The notes under the pieces were generated by a model. That model searched no databases, was not told the DNA's origin, and saw only the letters and a list, made by a program, of their open reading frames with translations. Of a stretch of 64,000 nt of DNA, positions 35,915 through 46,296 are shown piece by piece. Source of the DNA: an uncultured Clostridia bacterium. Lineage in GTDB: Bacteria > Bacillota > Clostridia > Christensenellales > UBA1242. The stretch is taken from assembly GCA_947053595.1 (NCBI GenBank), contig CAMRSX010000003.1:15596-79595 (forward strand), written 5' to 3'. How positions within the stretch are numbered: position 1 is the stretch's first letter; each line of letters begins with the position of its first letter. The position numbers were made by a program, and so were the translations under genes.

Positions 35915-36781
35915 ATGGAAAAGATTAACATTTTGAATTATAATTATGATGCAATTAAATATTTCATCAGTGTTGCAAACCATGGCAGTTTGTCAAGGGC
36001 TGCCAGAAGTTTGGGCATTTCGCAATCTGCCCTCAGCCAGTCTATGAAAAACTTGGAGCAAAGCTTGGGAGTTGTTTTGTTCAGCCGCAACACACGCGGC
36101 ATCATTTTGACGGAAGAGGGAAGGGTGCTTTATGACAACGCAATGGCAGGAGATGAGTGTTTTAAAAATGCCATCATTGAAACGCTGCGTTTGAAAAACT
36201 TCAACAGCAAAAAGCACTGCAAGATTTCCATTTCGTCCTCGCTGGCAAGTTTGTTTCTTTCGCCAGCAATTAGAAAACTGCAAGAAAAGCTGCCCAACAG
36301 CAACCTTGAAATTTACAGAGAGATTAAAGAGAGTGAAGTGGTTGAAAAACTGCAGTCTGAAGAAGTTGACCTTGTGATTTTGAAGGCAAACGCAGATTTT
36401 GACATCAAAGAAGTGGCGGTTAAAAGGCTGTGTGTGTTTAATTATGTGTTTGCTTACAATCCAAACTTTTTCAATCTGCCGCAGCAGGTGACGTTGCAGC
36501 AACTTGCAAAGCATTGCATTGTCATGAAACAGCGCACGGGCAGAAATGATAACTCTTGGATTAAGTTTTCTTTTGACAAATTTATTGAATGCCGAAACGA
36601 CAATCAGTGTTTGGAGTTGATTAAAAACGGCGCGGGCATTGGCGTATATCCAAAAGAACTGCTGGAAAAAGAAAATTTGAAGATGCTTATGGTGGAAAAT
36701 TTTGTGCCAACCAAAAGAGTTGTTTATGCTTGCTTTTTGTCTTCAAACGAAAACGCCAAAAGGCTGCTTAAACTGCTGTGA
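35915..36781 (+). CDS. LysR-family transcriptional regulator
   Basis: N-terminal wHTH block HGSLSRAARSLGISQSALSQSMKNLE. 288 aa. Confidence 0.85.
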   Translation: MEKINILNYNYDAIKYFISVANHGSLSRAARSLGISQSALSQSMKNLEQSLGVVLFSRNTRGIILTEEGRVLYDNAMAGDECFKNAIIETLRLKNFNSKKHCKISISSSLASLFLSPAIRKLQEKLPNSNLEIYREIKESEVVEKLQSEEVDLVILKANADFDIKEVAVKRLCVFNYVFAYNPNFFNLPQQVTLQQLAKHCIVMKQRTGRNDNSWIKFSFDKFIECRNDNQCLELIKNGAGIGVYPKELLEKENLKMLMVENFVPTKRVVYACFLSSNENAKRLLKLL

Positions 36782-36914
36782 TTTTGCGCTTGGGGGCTTT
36801 GTGTGCCCCTTTGTTTTTTGTTATTGGATATAAGCAAAGCTTATATTAATATTTTGAAATTAAATAATTCAAATTTACATTTTTGTGCTATAATTTGTGC
36901 AGTGAGGAAAAGAG

Positions 36915-38723
36915 ATGTTTGAAAAAATTGAATTTCTTTGTGGTGCAACAGATTTTGAGAAGGCGCAAGGCGGATATTCTTCGGCACAAAAATTTTTGTT
37001 TTTGAAAGACGGAAAGAAATATTTTTTGAAGATTGGAAATTTTCAGGTGAGAGAAAACTTGGAAGAGTTGTTTTCGCGCGCAGAAATTCCACATCCAAAG
37101 GTTGTTGAAAGCGGGGCGGTGGATGAAAATTTGAATTACATCATTGAAGAGTTTTGTGAAGGGGTGCCGCTTAAAAACAGGCTGGACAATTTTGATGAAA
37201 AGTTTGTGTATGAGTTTGGCTTTTTGGTGGGTGAGAAATATCGCAAGCTGAAAAAGCAGTTTCCTGACCGTCCGGTTGATGATGAGGCTTATGCAAAATA
37301 TATGAAGCAGGTGGATGCCAATTTGGAAAAGCTGGCGCTGGCTGCAAAAGCAAATGAAAGGAAGTTGTCAAAAAAGCAAATGGCTTTTTTGGAATACATA
37401 ACCCAATTTTTGAAGGAAGAACGCGCGCTTGTGAAAAACAGTGTTATGGCGTTTGCGCACACAGATGTCAAGCCAAGCAACTTTTTGGTGGATGGAAGAA
37501 ATCTTTCTGTGATTGATTTTGAGCATACTGATTATAAAGAACTTTCCTTGTCGCTTTTGTGGTCTGTTTGCCGCGCAGATTTTGCGGACGACAAAAATCA
37601 CGCGTTTGCAAATGGATATCTGGACGCGCTTTATGGCTTTGATGTGCCAAAGGGTGTTTTGCAGTGTTGCAACTTTACATATCTTTTCAATATGTGTCAA
37701 TATTGTACAGATTACATTTGCGATGGGAAGTTTGACAAGCTTGAGAGGTTGATTGATTTCATCACACAAAATTATATGAAAGACGGCAAGCTTGCGCTGG
37801 AAGAACATCTGCTTAATGTGGCAAAACTGGAAGACTTTCCAAACTTGAAGGGTTTTGAGTTCAGCCTTGTGAAAGGCAGCTTTTCGCCATACAACTTGAC
37901 ATTTAAGTGCACTTTGGGCGGCACAAAGTTTTTCTTAAAAATCATGAAAACAAATGAAGAAGGCTTGCAAGATTGTTTAAGCAAATATCAGTTGCTGCAA
38001 GAAAGCGGAATTTCCATCAGCCCTGTGCGAGGGTTTGGGCAGTGCAAAGATGCCGGCAGAGTTTGGGTTTTGTTTGACTTTATTGACTTTCCAGAGCTGG
38101 CTGCCAATGCGCAGACATTTGAAGAAGGAGCGCAGTTTGGCAGCGCTGTTGCAAAGCAGCTTAAAAAGCTTAAAAAGTGTCCTCCGCAGCAGTTGAAAAC
38201 CTTTGACAGCAACAAACTTTATGAAGCCCTGATGACATCTGTGGACTTTGTTTTTGAAGACAAGCAGCACAACCAATTTGTAAAGTGGAGCAAGACAGAG
38301 ATTGTGGCGTTTTTAAACAAATTTATTGTGTGTTTTCAGCAAGAGCCCATTTGTCCTATTCATGGGGATGTGAAGTTTGGAAACATCCTTTGTGACGGAA
38401 AGGAAAAGTTGGTGTTTGTGGACAACGAAAGCTTGATGAACAGTTTTGACATCATAAACTTTTTTCATAACATCTTGTCGGGCTTTTCGGGCAAGCATGT
38501 GCTGTTGTATCAGGGCTTTGTCAGTGCTTATTTGAAAGAGATGAATGGCGGCAAACTGCCCACGCGCATTGCTGGGCAAGCCAAGTTGCTGCTGCTTGCC
38601 AAGCTTTTGAAGGATGTTGAGGGCATCAAAAGAAAAACTGGCAGTGAAAAGAACATTGCGCTGCTGAACAGCCTCTGCGAAATACATTTGGAGAAGGAGG
38701 AAGACATCCAGTGGCTAAGGTGA
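36915..38723 (+). CDS. Tandem protein-kinase-like (APH / choline-kinase fold) phosphotransferase with two complete domains
   Basis: Domain 1 has YFLKIG and HTDVKPSNFLVDG…VIDFE. Domain 2 has FFLKIM and IHGDVKFGNILCDG…FVDNE. Confidence 0.7.
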   Translation: MFEKIEFLCGATDFEKAQGGYSSAQKFLFLKDGKKYFLKIGNFQVRENLEELFSRAEIPHPKVVESGAVDENLNYIIEEFCEGVPLKNRLDNFDEKFVYEFGFLVGEKYRKLKKQFPDRPVDDEAYAKYMKQVDANLEKLALAAKANERKLSKKQMAFLEYITQFLKEERALVKNSVMAFAHTDVKPSNFLVDGRNLSVIDFEHTDYKELSLSLLWSVCRADFADDKNHAFANGYLDALYGFDVPKGVLQCCNFTYLFNMCQYCTDYICDGKFDKLERLIDFITQNYMKDGKLALEEHLLNVAKLEDFPNLKGFEFSLVKGSFSPYNLTFKCTLGGTKFFLKIMKTNEEGLQDCLSKYQLLQESGISISPVRGFGQCKDAGRVWVLFDFIDFPELAANAQTFEEGAQFGSAVAKQLKKLKKCPPQQLKTFDSNKLYEALMTSVDFVFEDKQHNQFVKWSKTEIVAFLNKFIVCFQQEPICPIHGDVKFGNILCDGKEKLVFVDNESLMNSFDIINFFHNILSGFSGKHVLLYQGFVSAYLKEMNGGKLPTRIAGQAKLLLLAKLLKDVEGIKRKTGSEKNIALLNSLCEIHLEKEEDIQWLR

Positions 38724-40444
38724 AAAGATATTGGGCGTTGAAGCAAATTTTGAAGTTCTATCAAAAGCATATTTGGCTTTATGTGGGCTTTGTTTCCATC
38801 TTGCTTGTTAAAGCGGCAATTTCATTTTACAGTGCCATGCTGATTGCGCAGTTGATTGCCAAGATGATGGTGGCAGATTTTGGCGCCGTTTGGAAAGTTG
38901 CAGCAATCAACTTGGGCATCATGCTGGTTTATCAGGCTTTGTCATATCTCAACACCTACTTTTATAAAAACTTGGAAAACAGAGTGAGATTTGATTTGCA
39001 GCAAAAAATCATTGAATCGGCGCTGAACATCAAGATGTCATATTATGACAACTTTGGCTCTGGCGTCATTGTCACTCGGCTGACCTCTGACATCGACCAC
39101 ATTTCGGAAAGGTTTAAAACCCTGACGGAAAAAATTGTCAACATAATTCGCAGAGTTTCTTATCTGGCATACATATTTGTGCTGAATGTATATATTGGCG
39201 TCTTTGTGTTGGCATCTGTGATTGTGGTTTCGCTGGTTTACACAATCAGAATTCACTATTTGTCCAAGCTGAAGCCAAAGGTTAAGGCGCAAAGAGAGGT
39301 TGTCAATTCCAAACTGATTGAAACGGTGCGTGCGGTGAAAGACATCAAAACTCTCAACTGTGACGAGAATGTGCTTTCGCTGGTGGGGGACGCGCAAAAG
39401 GATTTCATCAGAAAGGACAATCACGAATATTATGTTGGCAGTTTGCTTTGCAAACTCACTGATGCAGTTGTGTGTTTAAGCGAGTTTGCTTTTATGGCGC
39501 TGAGCATCTTTTTGATGATGTATTATGATTTGACGGCAACAATTTTTTACACTTGCTATTTATATAAAGACCACACCTTTACTCTTGCAAACGAGTTTGG
39601 CGATTTCAGATTTAAAATTGCAGAGTGCGAAGTTTGCGCCAAAAGGTTGTTTGCGCTGGTGTATCCAAGCCAGCAGAACACCGAGCACTATGGCACAGCC
39701 TATCTGCAAAACTATGAGGGCGGAATCACCTTCAAAGATGTCAATTTTTCTTATTTGAATGAAATTGAGGTTTTAAAAGGCGTTTCTTTTGAAATTAAAC
39801 CCAAAAGCACAGTGGCATTTGTGGGAGAAAGTGGATGCGGCAAAAGCACCATCACGGCTTTGATTGGGCATTTATATTACAAGAACTCTGGCGAAATTTT
39901 GTTTGGCGATGCCGAAATTGACACGCTCAGCAAGCAATTTTTGAGAAACAACGTTGCAATTGTCAATCAATTTCCATATCTTTTCAATCTGTCCATCAGA
40001 GAAAATTTTAAGATGATTGACGCTGAAATTTTGGATGACAAAATTTGGGAACTTTGCGAAAAAGTTGGCTTAAAAAACTATATTCAAACGCTTCCAAAAG
40101 GCTTGGACAGCGTGATTGGCGAAGGTGGCTGTCAGCTTTCGGGCGGGCAAAGACAAAAGCTTTGCATTGCAAGGGCGCTGTGCAGAAATGTCAAAATTTT
40201 GATTTTTGACGAGGCAACAAGCTCGCTTGACAACTCCTCTCAAAACGAGGTTATGGATGTGATTAGGGCGCTGTCCAGCCAAATGACAATCATTCTGATT
40301 GCGCATCGGCTTTCCACCATAACTTTTGCGGACTCCATTCTTCTCATCAAAGACGGGCAACTTGTGGGAGAGGGCAAACATCAAACCCTGATTGAAAACA
40401 ATGAATATTATCAATCTCTCTATAAAAAATCTGTGGGAGAATAA
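38711..40444 (+). CDS. ABC transporter, fused permease and ATPase (exporter type)
   Basis: The GTG start overlaps the kinase gene's end by 13 nt and GGAGG lies upstream. Walker A GESGCGKST, signature LSGGQRQK, Walker B ILIFDEATS. Confidence 0.8.
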   Translation: MAKVKRYWALKQILKFYQKHIWLYVGFVSILLVKAAISFYSAMLIAQLIAKMMVADFGAVWKVAAINLGIMLVYQALSYLNTYFYKNLENRVRFDLQQKIIESALNIKMSYYDNFGSGVIVTRLTSDIDHISERFKTLTEKIVNIIRRVSYLAYIFVLNVYIGVFVLASVIVVSLVYTIRIHYLSKLKPKVKAQREVVNSKLIETVRAVKDIKTLNCDENVLSLVGDAQKDFIRKDNHEYYVGSLLCKLTDAVVCLSEFAFMALSIFLMMYYDLTATIFYTCYLYKDHTFTLANEFGDFRFKIAECEVCAKRLFALVYPSQQNTEHYGTAYLQNYEGGITFKDVNFSYLNEIEVLKGVSFEIKPKSTVAFVGESGCGKSTITALIGHLYYKNSGEILFGDAEIDTLSKQFLRNNVAIVNQFPYLFNLSIRENFKMIDAEILDDKIWELCEKVGLKNYIQTLPKGLDSVIGEGGCQLSGGQRQKLCIARALCRNVKILIFDEATSSLDNSSQNEVMDVIRALSSQMTIILIAHRLSTITFADSILLIKDGQLVGEGKHQTLIENNEYYQSLYKKSVGE

Positions 40445-40576
40445 GCAAGCTTTAAGATTGTGATGTTGGCAAAATTGTAGGCACTTTGTGAGGACTATGC
40501 TGCTTTTGGCACAAACCTAAGAGATGTTGTCAAAAAAATTTCAGTTTAAGCGGCTTAAAGCGGCAAAGGGGGCAAT

Positions 40577-40607
40577 AAAAAAACTGCAAAAATTGCAGTT
40601 TTTTTTG
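40577..40607. terminator. Bidirectional rho-independent terminator
   Basis: Stem aactgcaa/ttgcagtt flanked by A7 and T8. Confidence 0.75.
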
Positions 40608-40609
40608 TT

Positions 40610-41476
40610 TTAGTTTTTCTTTGTTGCTCCAAAAATTGCCAGTGTGTTTGGGCCGCAGCAGCAGCCCATGGTGTAATCAATATAGTCAATTTTAATGTTT
40701 TTGTTTTGAGTGTTTGCTTTCAAAAACTCCGCCATTTCCTCTGCCGCTTCTTTTTGATTTGTGTGAGAAATGTAAATGGTGCCAGAGCTGGAGAGGTCGG
40801 CATTTTCCAGAATGAAGTTTTCAATGGTTTTTGTGGCTTTTTTTCTGCCAATGCATTTTGCAATGGTTTTAAGCTTTCCTTCTTCATCTGCAACGATGAT
40901 TGGAACAAGCTTCAACATTGTGCCAACGCCAGCTGCAAGGGCGCTTATTCTTCCAGAGCGCATCAAAAATTGTAGGTCACTTGGAATGAAAATGGAAAAA
41001 TTTTTCAGCCCATTTTTGTCGATGGCTTTAAGAATTTCTTCGCAGGACTTCCCTTCTTTTGCCATTTCAAGCGTCTTTTCCACCATAAGCGCAATGCCAT
41101 GGCTGCCAGTGAGGCTGTCGGCAACCCAAACATGTTGACCCATGCTTTCGTTGATTTCTTTGGCGGCGTTGAGAGCGTTGTAATAGGTGGAACTTAAGCC
41201 ACTTGAAAGCCCCATGTATATGACATCAAAACCTTGCTTGACATATTTTTCAAAGATGTCTGTGAAGGTTTGTGTGTTGACGCAGCTTGTGAAGCACTTC
41301 TTTGCCTTTTCAAGATTTTTATAAAACTGTTCTGGGTCTTTGGTTGGATGTTCAAATGCATTGCAACTTTGTCCGTCGATGGTGATGCCCATTTCAACCC
41401 AATCCACACCAAGCTCTTGCATCTTTTCTGGTGACAAACTGCTGCAGCTGTCGGTGATAACTTTAATTTTGCTCAT
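40610..41476 (-). CDS. DegV family fatty-acid-binding protein
   Basis: Start moved to the ATG at 41476 (MSKIKVITDSCSS…), preceded by AAGGAG. Length is typical for DegV. Confidence 0.8.
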   Translation of the reverse strand: MSKIKVITDSCSSLSPEKMQELGVDWVEMGITIDGQSCNAFEHPTKDPEQFYKNLEKAKKCFTSCVNTQTFTDIFEKYVKQGFDVIYMGLSSGLSSTYYNALNAAKEINESMGQHVWVADSLTGSHGIALMVEKTLEMAKEGKSCEEILKAIDKNGLKNFSIFIPSDLQFLMRSGRISALAAGVGTMLKLVPIIVADEEGKLKTIAKCIGRKKATKTIENFILENADLSSSGTIYISHTNQKEAAEEMAEFLKANTQNKNIKIDYIDYTMGCCCGPNTLAIFGATKKN

Positions 41477-41656
41477 TTTGGCGCTCCTTAAATGTTTTTT
41501 ATTACACATATATTTTATGACATAAAGCAAAAAACAACAAGCGAAATGCAAAAAAGAATTCTAAAAACTTTTTTTAAGTTCGCTTTAAAAGCGAAATTGG
41601 CTGTTTTTAAGCCAAAATTGCTTTGTTTTTGCTTTGAAGTGTGATAATATATCCAT

Positions 41657-42325
41657 ATGGAAGAAAAAGAAATTGTTGCAAAAAATTTGGCGCTATATCG
41701 CAAAAAAGCGGGGATAAGCCAGTTGGAACTTGCAAAAAAGCTGAACTACAGCAACAAAAATGTAAGCAAGTGGGAGAATGGAGAAACCACACCAAGCATC
41801 TTTATTTTGCACGAAATTGCCAAGCTTTATGGTGTGTCGGTGGATGACTTTTTGCAAGAGGCAACCGTGGACAAGCAAGAGGAGGTTGTGGAAAATGCCA
41901 AGGCTTCCAAGCGCAGATTAAAGATTTTTCGCATGTCCATGCTGCTGCTTTCAAACGCCATTTTGTTTGCTGTGGCAACGGTGATTATTTACATTCTTGG
42001 CATTTTTGGTGTGACAACCTTCAACAAGTGGTTGGTGTATTTTTATGTGTCACCACTTTGTGTGCTTAGCGTGGTGATTTATGTTCGCGTGCTTTGTAAA
42101 TATGTCAGCATCTTGGGCGTTTCGGCCATTGGCTGGCTGCTTTGTGGCATGTTTTTTTTGTCGTTTTCAAATGTGCGCAGCATTGCACTCATCTTTGTGC
42201 TTGGGGCGGCTTATCAATTTATTGCCACCCTAATTTCCATTTTGGTGAATTTGCATCTTTCAAATTTGGTGTCCACAAAGTTCAATGAAATCAAGAAAAA
42301 AATAAGAAAAAAAAGAGAAAAGTGA
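41657..42325 (+). CDS. XRE-family HTH regulator fused to a four-TM membrane domain
   Basis: LALYRKKAGISQLELAKKLNYSNKNVSKWENGETTPS is followed by hydrophobic helices. Confidence 0.75.
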   Translation: MEEKEIVAKNLALYRKKAGISQLELAKKLNYSNKNVSKWENGETTPSIFILHEIAKLYGVSVDDFLQEATVDKQEEVVENAKASKRRLKIFRMSMLLLSNAILFAVATVIIYILGIFGVTTFNKWLVYFYVSPLCVLSVVIYVRVLCKYVSILGVSAIGWLLCGMFFLSFSNVRSIALIFVLGAAYQFIATLISILVNLHLSNLVSTKFNEIKKKIRKKREK

Positions 42326-42580
42326 TTTGTGTGATAAAAAAGCGCAATCAAAAACAACCGGTTGTTTGTTTGTGGCGAAGCAACCACAAAGGCAAAGCTG
42401 AAATGTCATTCAGCCCGTTTTTGCAAGAATATCCAAATTTGCTGAACCAAAACGCCAAATTTTTCGACAAAAGAACCAGCATAAAAAAGCAGTCAAAAAT
42501 TGGTTTTGGCTGTTTTTTGCTTTGCTTTTTGCTTTGCTTTGTGTTAAGATATGTATAGGAAAAATTGTAGGAGAAATTGT

Positions 42581-45500
42581 ATGAAAAAATTGAAAGTTGA
42601 CATGACTAAAAAAGAAAAAATTCTCTATCTTTGCATAACCATTTTGTTGTGTTTGGTCTTCACGCTTCCTTTTATTATTTCATCTCTTGTTTTGGCATAC
42701 CCAAGGGCGGTTTTTGCAAACGCATATCCTTCCACAACCAAAGTTGGCTATGAAACGGAATATTTGGGAACGGTGGACAGAAACATCCCTGCACAGTATC
42801 AAGACGAGGGCTTGGTGGCAAACGGCACCATTTCTGCTTATCCAACCTATGGCAGAACACTTTCCAGCGTGATTGGCTCTGACCCAACAAGGGTGGCTGC
42901 GCGCAACGCGCTGATTGCGGAATCTTGGGGGCTTTGCACCATCAACACCAGAATTGGCACAGATGGCTTTCCAAAAAACACATACAACAGCATGAACAAA
43001 GACGGTAAGTTGTTTTTGAATGGGCAAGACACCGGCAAAACGCTTTATAAGCACACTTCCGCCAACGGAATGTATGGTGGCAATGTTTCTGACGAAGAAA
43101 AAGCTGTCATTAAAAGAATCACCATGGCGCCAACAAGGGGCTACACCAGAGGATATAACGTCACTGGGCTTTATGCGCCAGCTGGCGAGGTGGTGAAGAT
43201 TGAAATCAGCCAAGAGGACATGGATGCCACAGCTGGAATTGCTGTTCATGTAGGGCAAGCGCTTTTCAATGGCAAGGCAAACAACATTTGGGTTGGCAAA
43301 AATGCCATGAATCGTATGCCTGTCATTCTCAACACTTGGGTTGTCAACAAAAGCACCGCCACTCTTGACGAAGAAAGAGGGGTTTACACTGCTTATGTTG
43401 GCTCGCATCTTGGCGGACCAATTTATGTTGTGAATGAAAACGTCAAGTTTTCTGTCACAATTTCTGGTGCGGTGAGATATTCTCACTTCATTTTGGGCTT
43501 CACAACCGAAGACGAGTTTGAAGAAAACAAAAATTCTTCTGCACCATATTTTGATTTGGAAGTTTTTTATAATGGCGTGTTGCATTCTGGTCCAAAAGCC
43601 TATGCACAAAATTTCTCTTATGAAGAAATTTATGATGCAGGCGTGCTTTGGGAAAAAATCAGCTTGGTTTCCACTCAAGTTTCGCATCAAGGCATTGTTT
43701 TCTTGTATGACCCATTTGTTGCAGCTGGTGCGGCAGTGGCTTTTCCGGGGCAAGGCTCTGTCAACTGCCCTGCAGGCTGGATGGCAAACTCGCTTAACGT
43801 CAGCAGCTTCACCAATTCGGGCGGCTGGGGAAATATGCACGAATATAACCACAATTTCCAAGGCGGCTGGGGTGTTGGCGACAGAGGCGAAGTGACAAAC
43901 AACGCCATCAACTTGGTGGAATATTCGCTTTTTACAAAAATTTCGGCAGCAAGAAAAATGGGCGGCTATGGCGGCGAAGGTCTGAGCGGCTGGAACGCAT
44001 ACACCAGCGCAACTTGGGCTTTGCAAAGGGTTAAGTCTGGCAGCATTTCTTCCACAAATGGTCTGGCAGTTTATGCCACGCTTTTGCACAATTTTGGACA
44101 AGATGTCTTTATGTCCACAACCCATTGGTCTGGGCAGAACTATTTCTTGAAGTGGGGCGAAAAAACGCATCAAGACTTCTCTTATTTCAACAGCATGGTG
44201 GCGTCTTACACTGGGCAGTATGACCTAACAGCTCAGCAAGAGGCAGGCTGGCCAATGTTTATTCCTGTTTCCAGCATATACCAAACGGGCAGAAGCTATA
44301 TGTTTGACGGGCAGAAAAAATATATTGAAACCATGCAACCTTACACAATCAAATATGGGCAAAGCTTCACCGTGGATTTAAACAAATACACCCTCAGCGA
44401 CGGGCAATATGAAAGCGGAAGCGTGATTTTGCCAGAAGGATTTTCTTACACAATCAAAAAGGTGACAAAGCCACAAAATGGCAAAATCAAAAAAATTGGC
44501 GAAAATGTATATCAGTTCACACCAAACAAAAACTTGCTTTCGGGCAAAATTTATGTGACACTTGGCATCACAAACGACAACGATGCCAGCATGAAAATTG
44601 ACGATGTGGATTTGGTGCTGGAGTTTCAGCAATCTCACGAGATGGACAAAAACATCTTGGAAAGAACCACTTACACATATTCCGCTGAAAACATGTATAA
44701 AAGTGACAACGCAAATGGTGTCAATGGCGCAATCACAGCTTATGAAAACAAGTTTGCCGGCTATGAAAGCAAGGTGACGGAAGACAACAACAACTACATC
44801 AACGGAAGATTGGTGCAAAACAGCAGCTCGGAAATCTGGGGGCTTCAGGGCGCAAAAGAAAACACAATCATGCAGCTTTCTGGCAAACTTTATGTTTCAA
44901 CTGATGGGGATTATCGCATTTCGTTGCGAGGCAGAAAATCGGCAGCATTGTATGTTTCAACAGACAATGAAAAAACTTATCATCTGGCAGCCAACTTGAT
45001 GCGCTTTAACAATCTGGACGCCAACTTCAAAGATGACGAAAATCATTACACCGATTTAAAAGGCTTGAAGGCTGGCACTTGGGTGCATTTCAAGGCAGTG
45101 TTGGTTGTGGACTATGGCAGTGCATTTGTGGGCGTTGGTTGGGGGCAGTTTGCCGAGCCAATGATTACCAGTCATTTGATTGACCCAAATGATGAAAGCA
45201 AGGGGTCGCAGCTTATTTATGGAGGTGCAAATCAAACAATCACCCTTGCGGACGGCACAACCAAAGTCATCACCACCAACATGGTGATTACGGATGAAGA
45301 AGCTTCGCTGCTTAAGCCAACAATTTCTGTGGGATATGCAAATGCTTACAGGAATTCCTATGACTTTGCAAACGCATTTGAAAGCGATTATTTCTATTTG
45401 CCAAAAAATCAATATAACTATAACGTTCTGTCCGGAAATGGCAGCTTGGTGGAAATTAAGGGCTTCACGCCATGGGATAAGTCCACCGCCATTGACAATC

Positions 45501-46210
45501 TGTTTGACGACAACAATTCCAACAAAATTCACAATGCCAGAAACACCAACGTTTCAGAAGAAAATCCTTTTGATTTAACAGTGGATTTGGGAGAAGAAAT
45601 CAGAAGCAACACAATGACAATTTATGGTGTTTCGGGGCAAAAATATCAGCCAAAAACCTTTGTTTTGTATGGCGGAACAACTCGTGAAAACATGCAAGTG
45701 CTTGCAACGGTGGAAGAATCTGTTGTGACAAACAACAATGTGATTGTCACTTTTGAAGAGCAGCAAATAAGATTTTATCGCTTGCTTTGCACAGACACTC
45801 ATGCCAAAGACAACGGCGCACAGTGCGCATACATTGCAATGAGATATATTCTGTTTTCATATTCGCTGACAAATGGAAATTTATATTCTCCAGACAATCA
45901 GATGTTTGAATATCGCGGGCGTTGGAACATCCAAAATCACTTGTCCAACTTTGGACATATCTATTGCGGTAAAAATGCTTCCATGCAGTTCACTTTCACA
46001 GGCACAAACTTTGCAATTTTGTCAAACAAAATCAATTTTGAAAACTTTGATGTTTTCATTGATGGCGGATTTGCAGGCACGGGCAGTATGGGCGAAAACA
46101 AAGCGCAAACGGACATTGCATTTGTTTCAAACACACTCAAAAGCGGCATGCACACAGTGACAATCAGAAGCAAAGCATCCTTCAACATCGACAGCATTGT
46201 GATTTGGTGA
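42581..46210 (+). CDS. Secreted M60-like / enhancin-like zinc metallopeptidase with PA14-like and F5/8-type-C-like C-terminal modules
   Basis: Start moved to the ATG at 42581 (RBS TAGGAG). N-terminal TM/signal segment. Zinc motif HEYNHNFQ. PA14-like block GDYRISLRGRKSAALYVS. C-terminal beta-sandwich-like repeats. Confidence 0.7.
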   Translation: MKKLKVDMTKKEKILYLCITILLCLVFTLPFIISSLVLAYPRAVFANAYPSTTKVGYETEYLGTVDRNIPAQYQDEGLVANGTISAYPTYGRTLSSVIGSDPTRVAARNALIAESWGLCTINTRIGTDGFPKNTYNSMNKDGKLFLNGQDTGKTLYKHTSANGMYGGNVSDEEKAVIKRITMAPTRGYTRGYNVTGLYAPAGEVVKIEISQEDMDATAGIAVHVGQALFNGKANNIWVGKNAMNRMPVILNTWVVNKSTATLDEERGVYTAYVGSHLGGPIYVVNENVKFSVTISGAVRYSHFILGFTTEDEFEENKNSSAPYFDLEVFYNGVLHSGPKAYAQNFSYEEIYDAGVLWEKISLVSTQVSHQGIVFLYDPFVAAGAAVAFPGQGSVNCPAGWMANSLNVSSFTNSGGWGNMHEYNHNFQGGWGVGDRGEVTNNAINLVEYSLFTKISAARKMGGYGGEGLSGWNAYTSATWALQRVKSGSISSTNGLAVYATLLHNFGQDVFMSTTHWSGQNYFLKWGEKTHQDFSYFNSMVASYTGQYDLTAQQEAGWPMFIPVSSIYQTGRSYMFDGQKKYIETMQPYTIKYGQSFTVDLNKYTLSDGQYESGSVILPEGFSYTIKKVTKPQNGKIKKIGENVYQFTPNKNLLSGKIYVTLGITNDNDASMKIDDVDLVLEFQQSHEMDKNILERTTYTYSAENMYKSDNANGVNGAITAYENKFAGYESKVTEDNNNYINGRLVQNSSSEIWGLQGAKENTIMQLSGKLYVSTDGDYRISLRGRKSAALYVSTDNEKTYHLAANLMRFNNLDANFKDDENHYTDLKGLKAGTWVHFKAVLVVDYGSAFVGVGWGQFAEPMITSHLIDPNDESKGSQLIYGGANQTITLADGTTKVITTNMVITDEEASLLKPTISVGYANAYRNSYDFANAFESDYFYLPKNQYNYNVLSGNGSLVEIKGFTPWDKSTAIDNLFDDNNSNKIHNARNTNVSEENPFDLTVDLGEEIRSNTMTIYGVSGQKYQPKTFVLYGGTTRENMQVLATVEESVVTNNNVIVTFEEQQIRFYRLLCTDTHAKDNGAQCAYIAMRYILFSYSLTNGNLYSPDNQMFEYRGRWNIQNHLSNFGHIYCGKNASMQFTFTGTNFAILSNKINFENFDVFIDGGFAGTGSMGENKAQTDIAFVSNTLKSGMHTVTIRSKASFNIDSIVIW

Positions 46211-46296
46211 GATTCTTTAAAAAAAAGATTGAAACCTCTCTCTTTTTAATTTGATTTTATTTGCGGTTTGTGTTATATATAGATATAGAGGAATTG

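Noticed and set aside
33099-36914. An att direct repeat of the tRNA-Thr 3' end (and likewise of tRNA-Leu within 11356-13856) that would delimit an integrated element.
   Set aside because: I could not find any second copy of the tRNA 3' ends by eye, and no integrase gene is present. The island boundaries therefore remain undefined.
42322-42558. A 78-aa ORF between the XRE-TM gene and the M60-like gene.
   Set aside because: It has no RBS, runs through two terminator-like hairpins and the promoter of the downstream gene, and its C-terminus is low-complexity sequence derived from ctttgc repeats.
42680-44173. A 497-aa ORF antisense to the M60-like gene. There are many similar long antisense ORFs, for example 59078-60112, 24147-25028, 56158-56955, 51171-51980, 60862-61668, 63371-63979, 49598-50347 and 2291-3082.
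   Set aside because: Each lies entirely inside a well-supported gene on the other strand. None has a plausible RBS or known motifs, and their composition is odd (Cys/His/Phe/Lys-rich). They are shadow frames typical of this codon bias.
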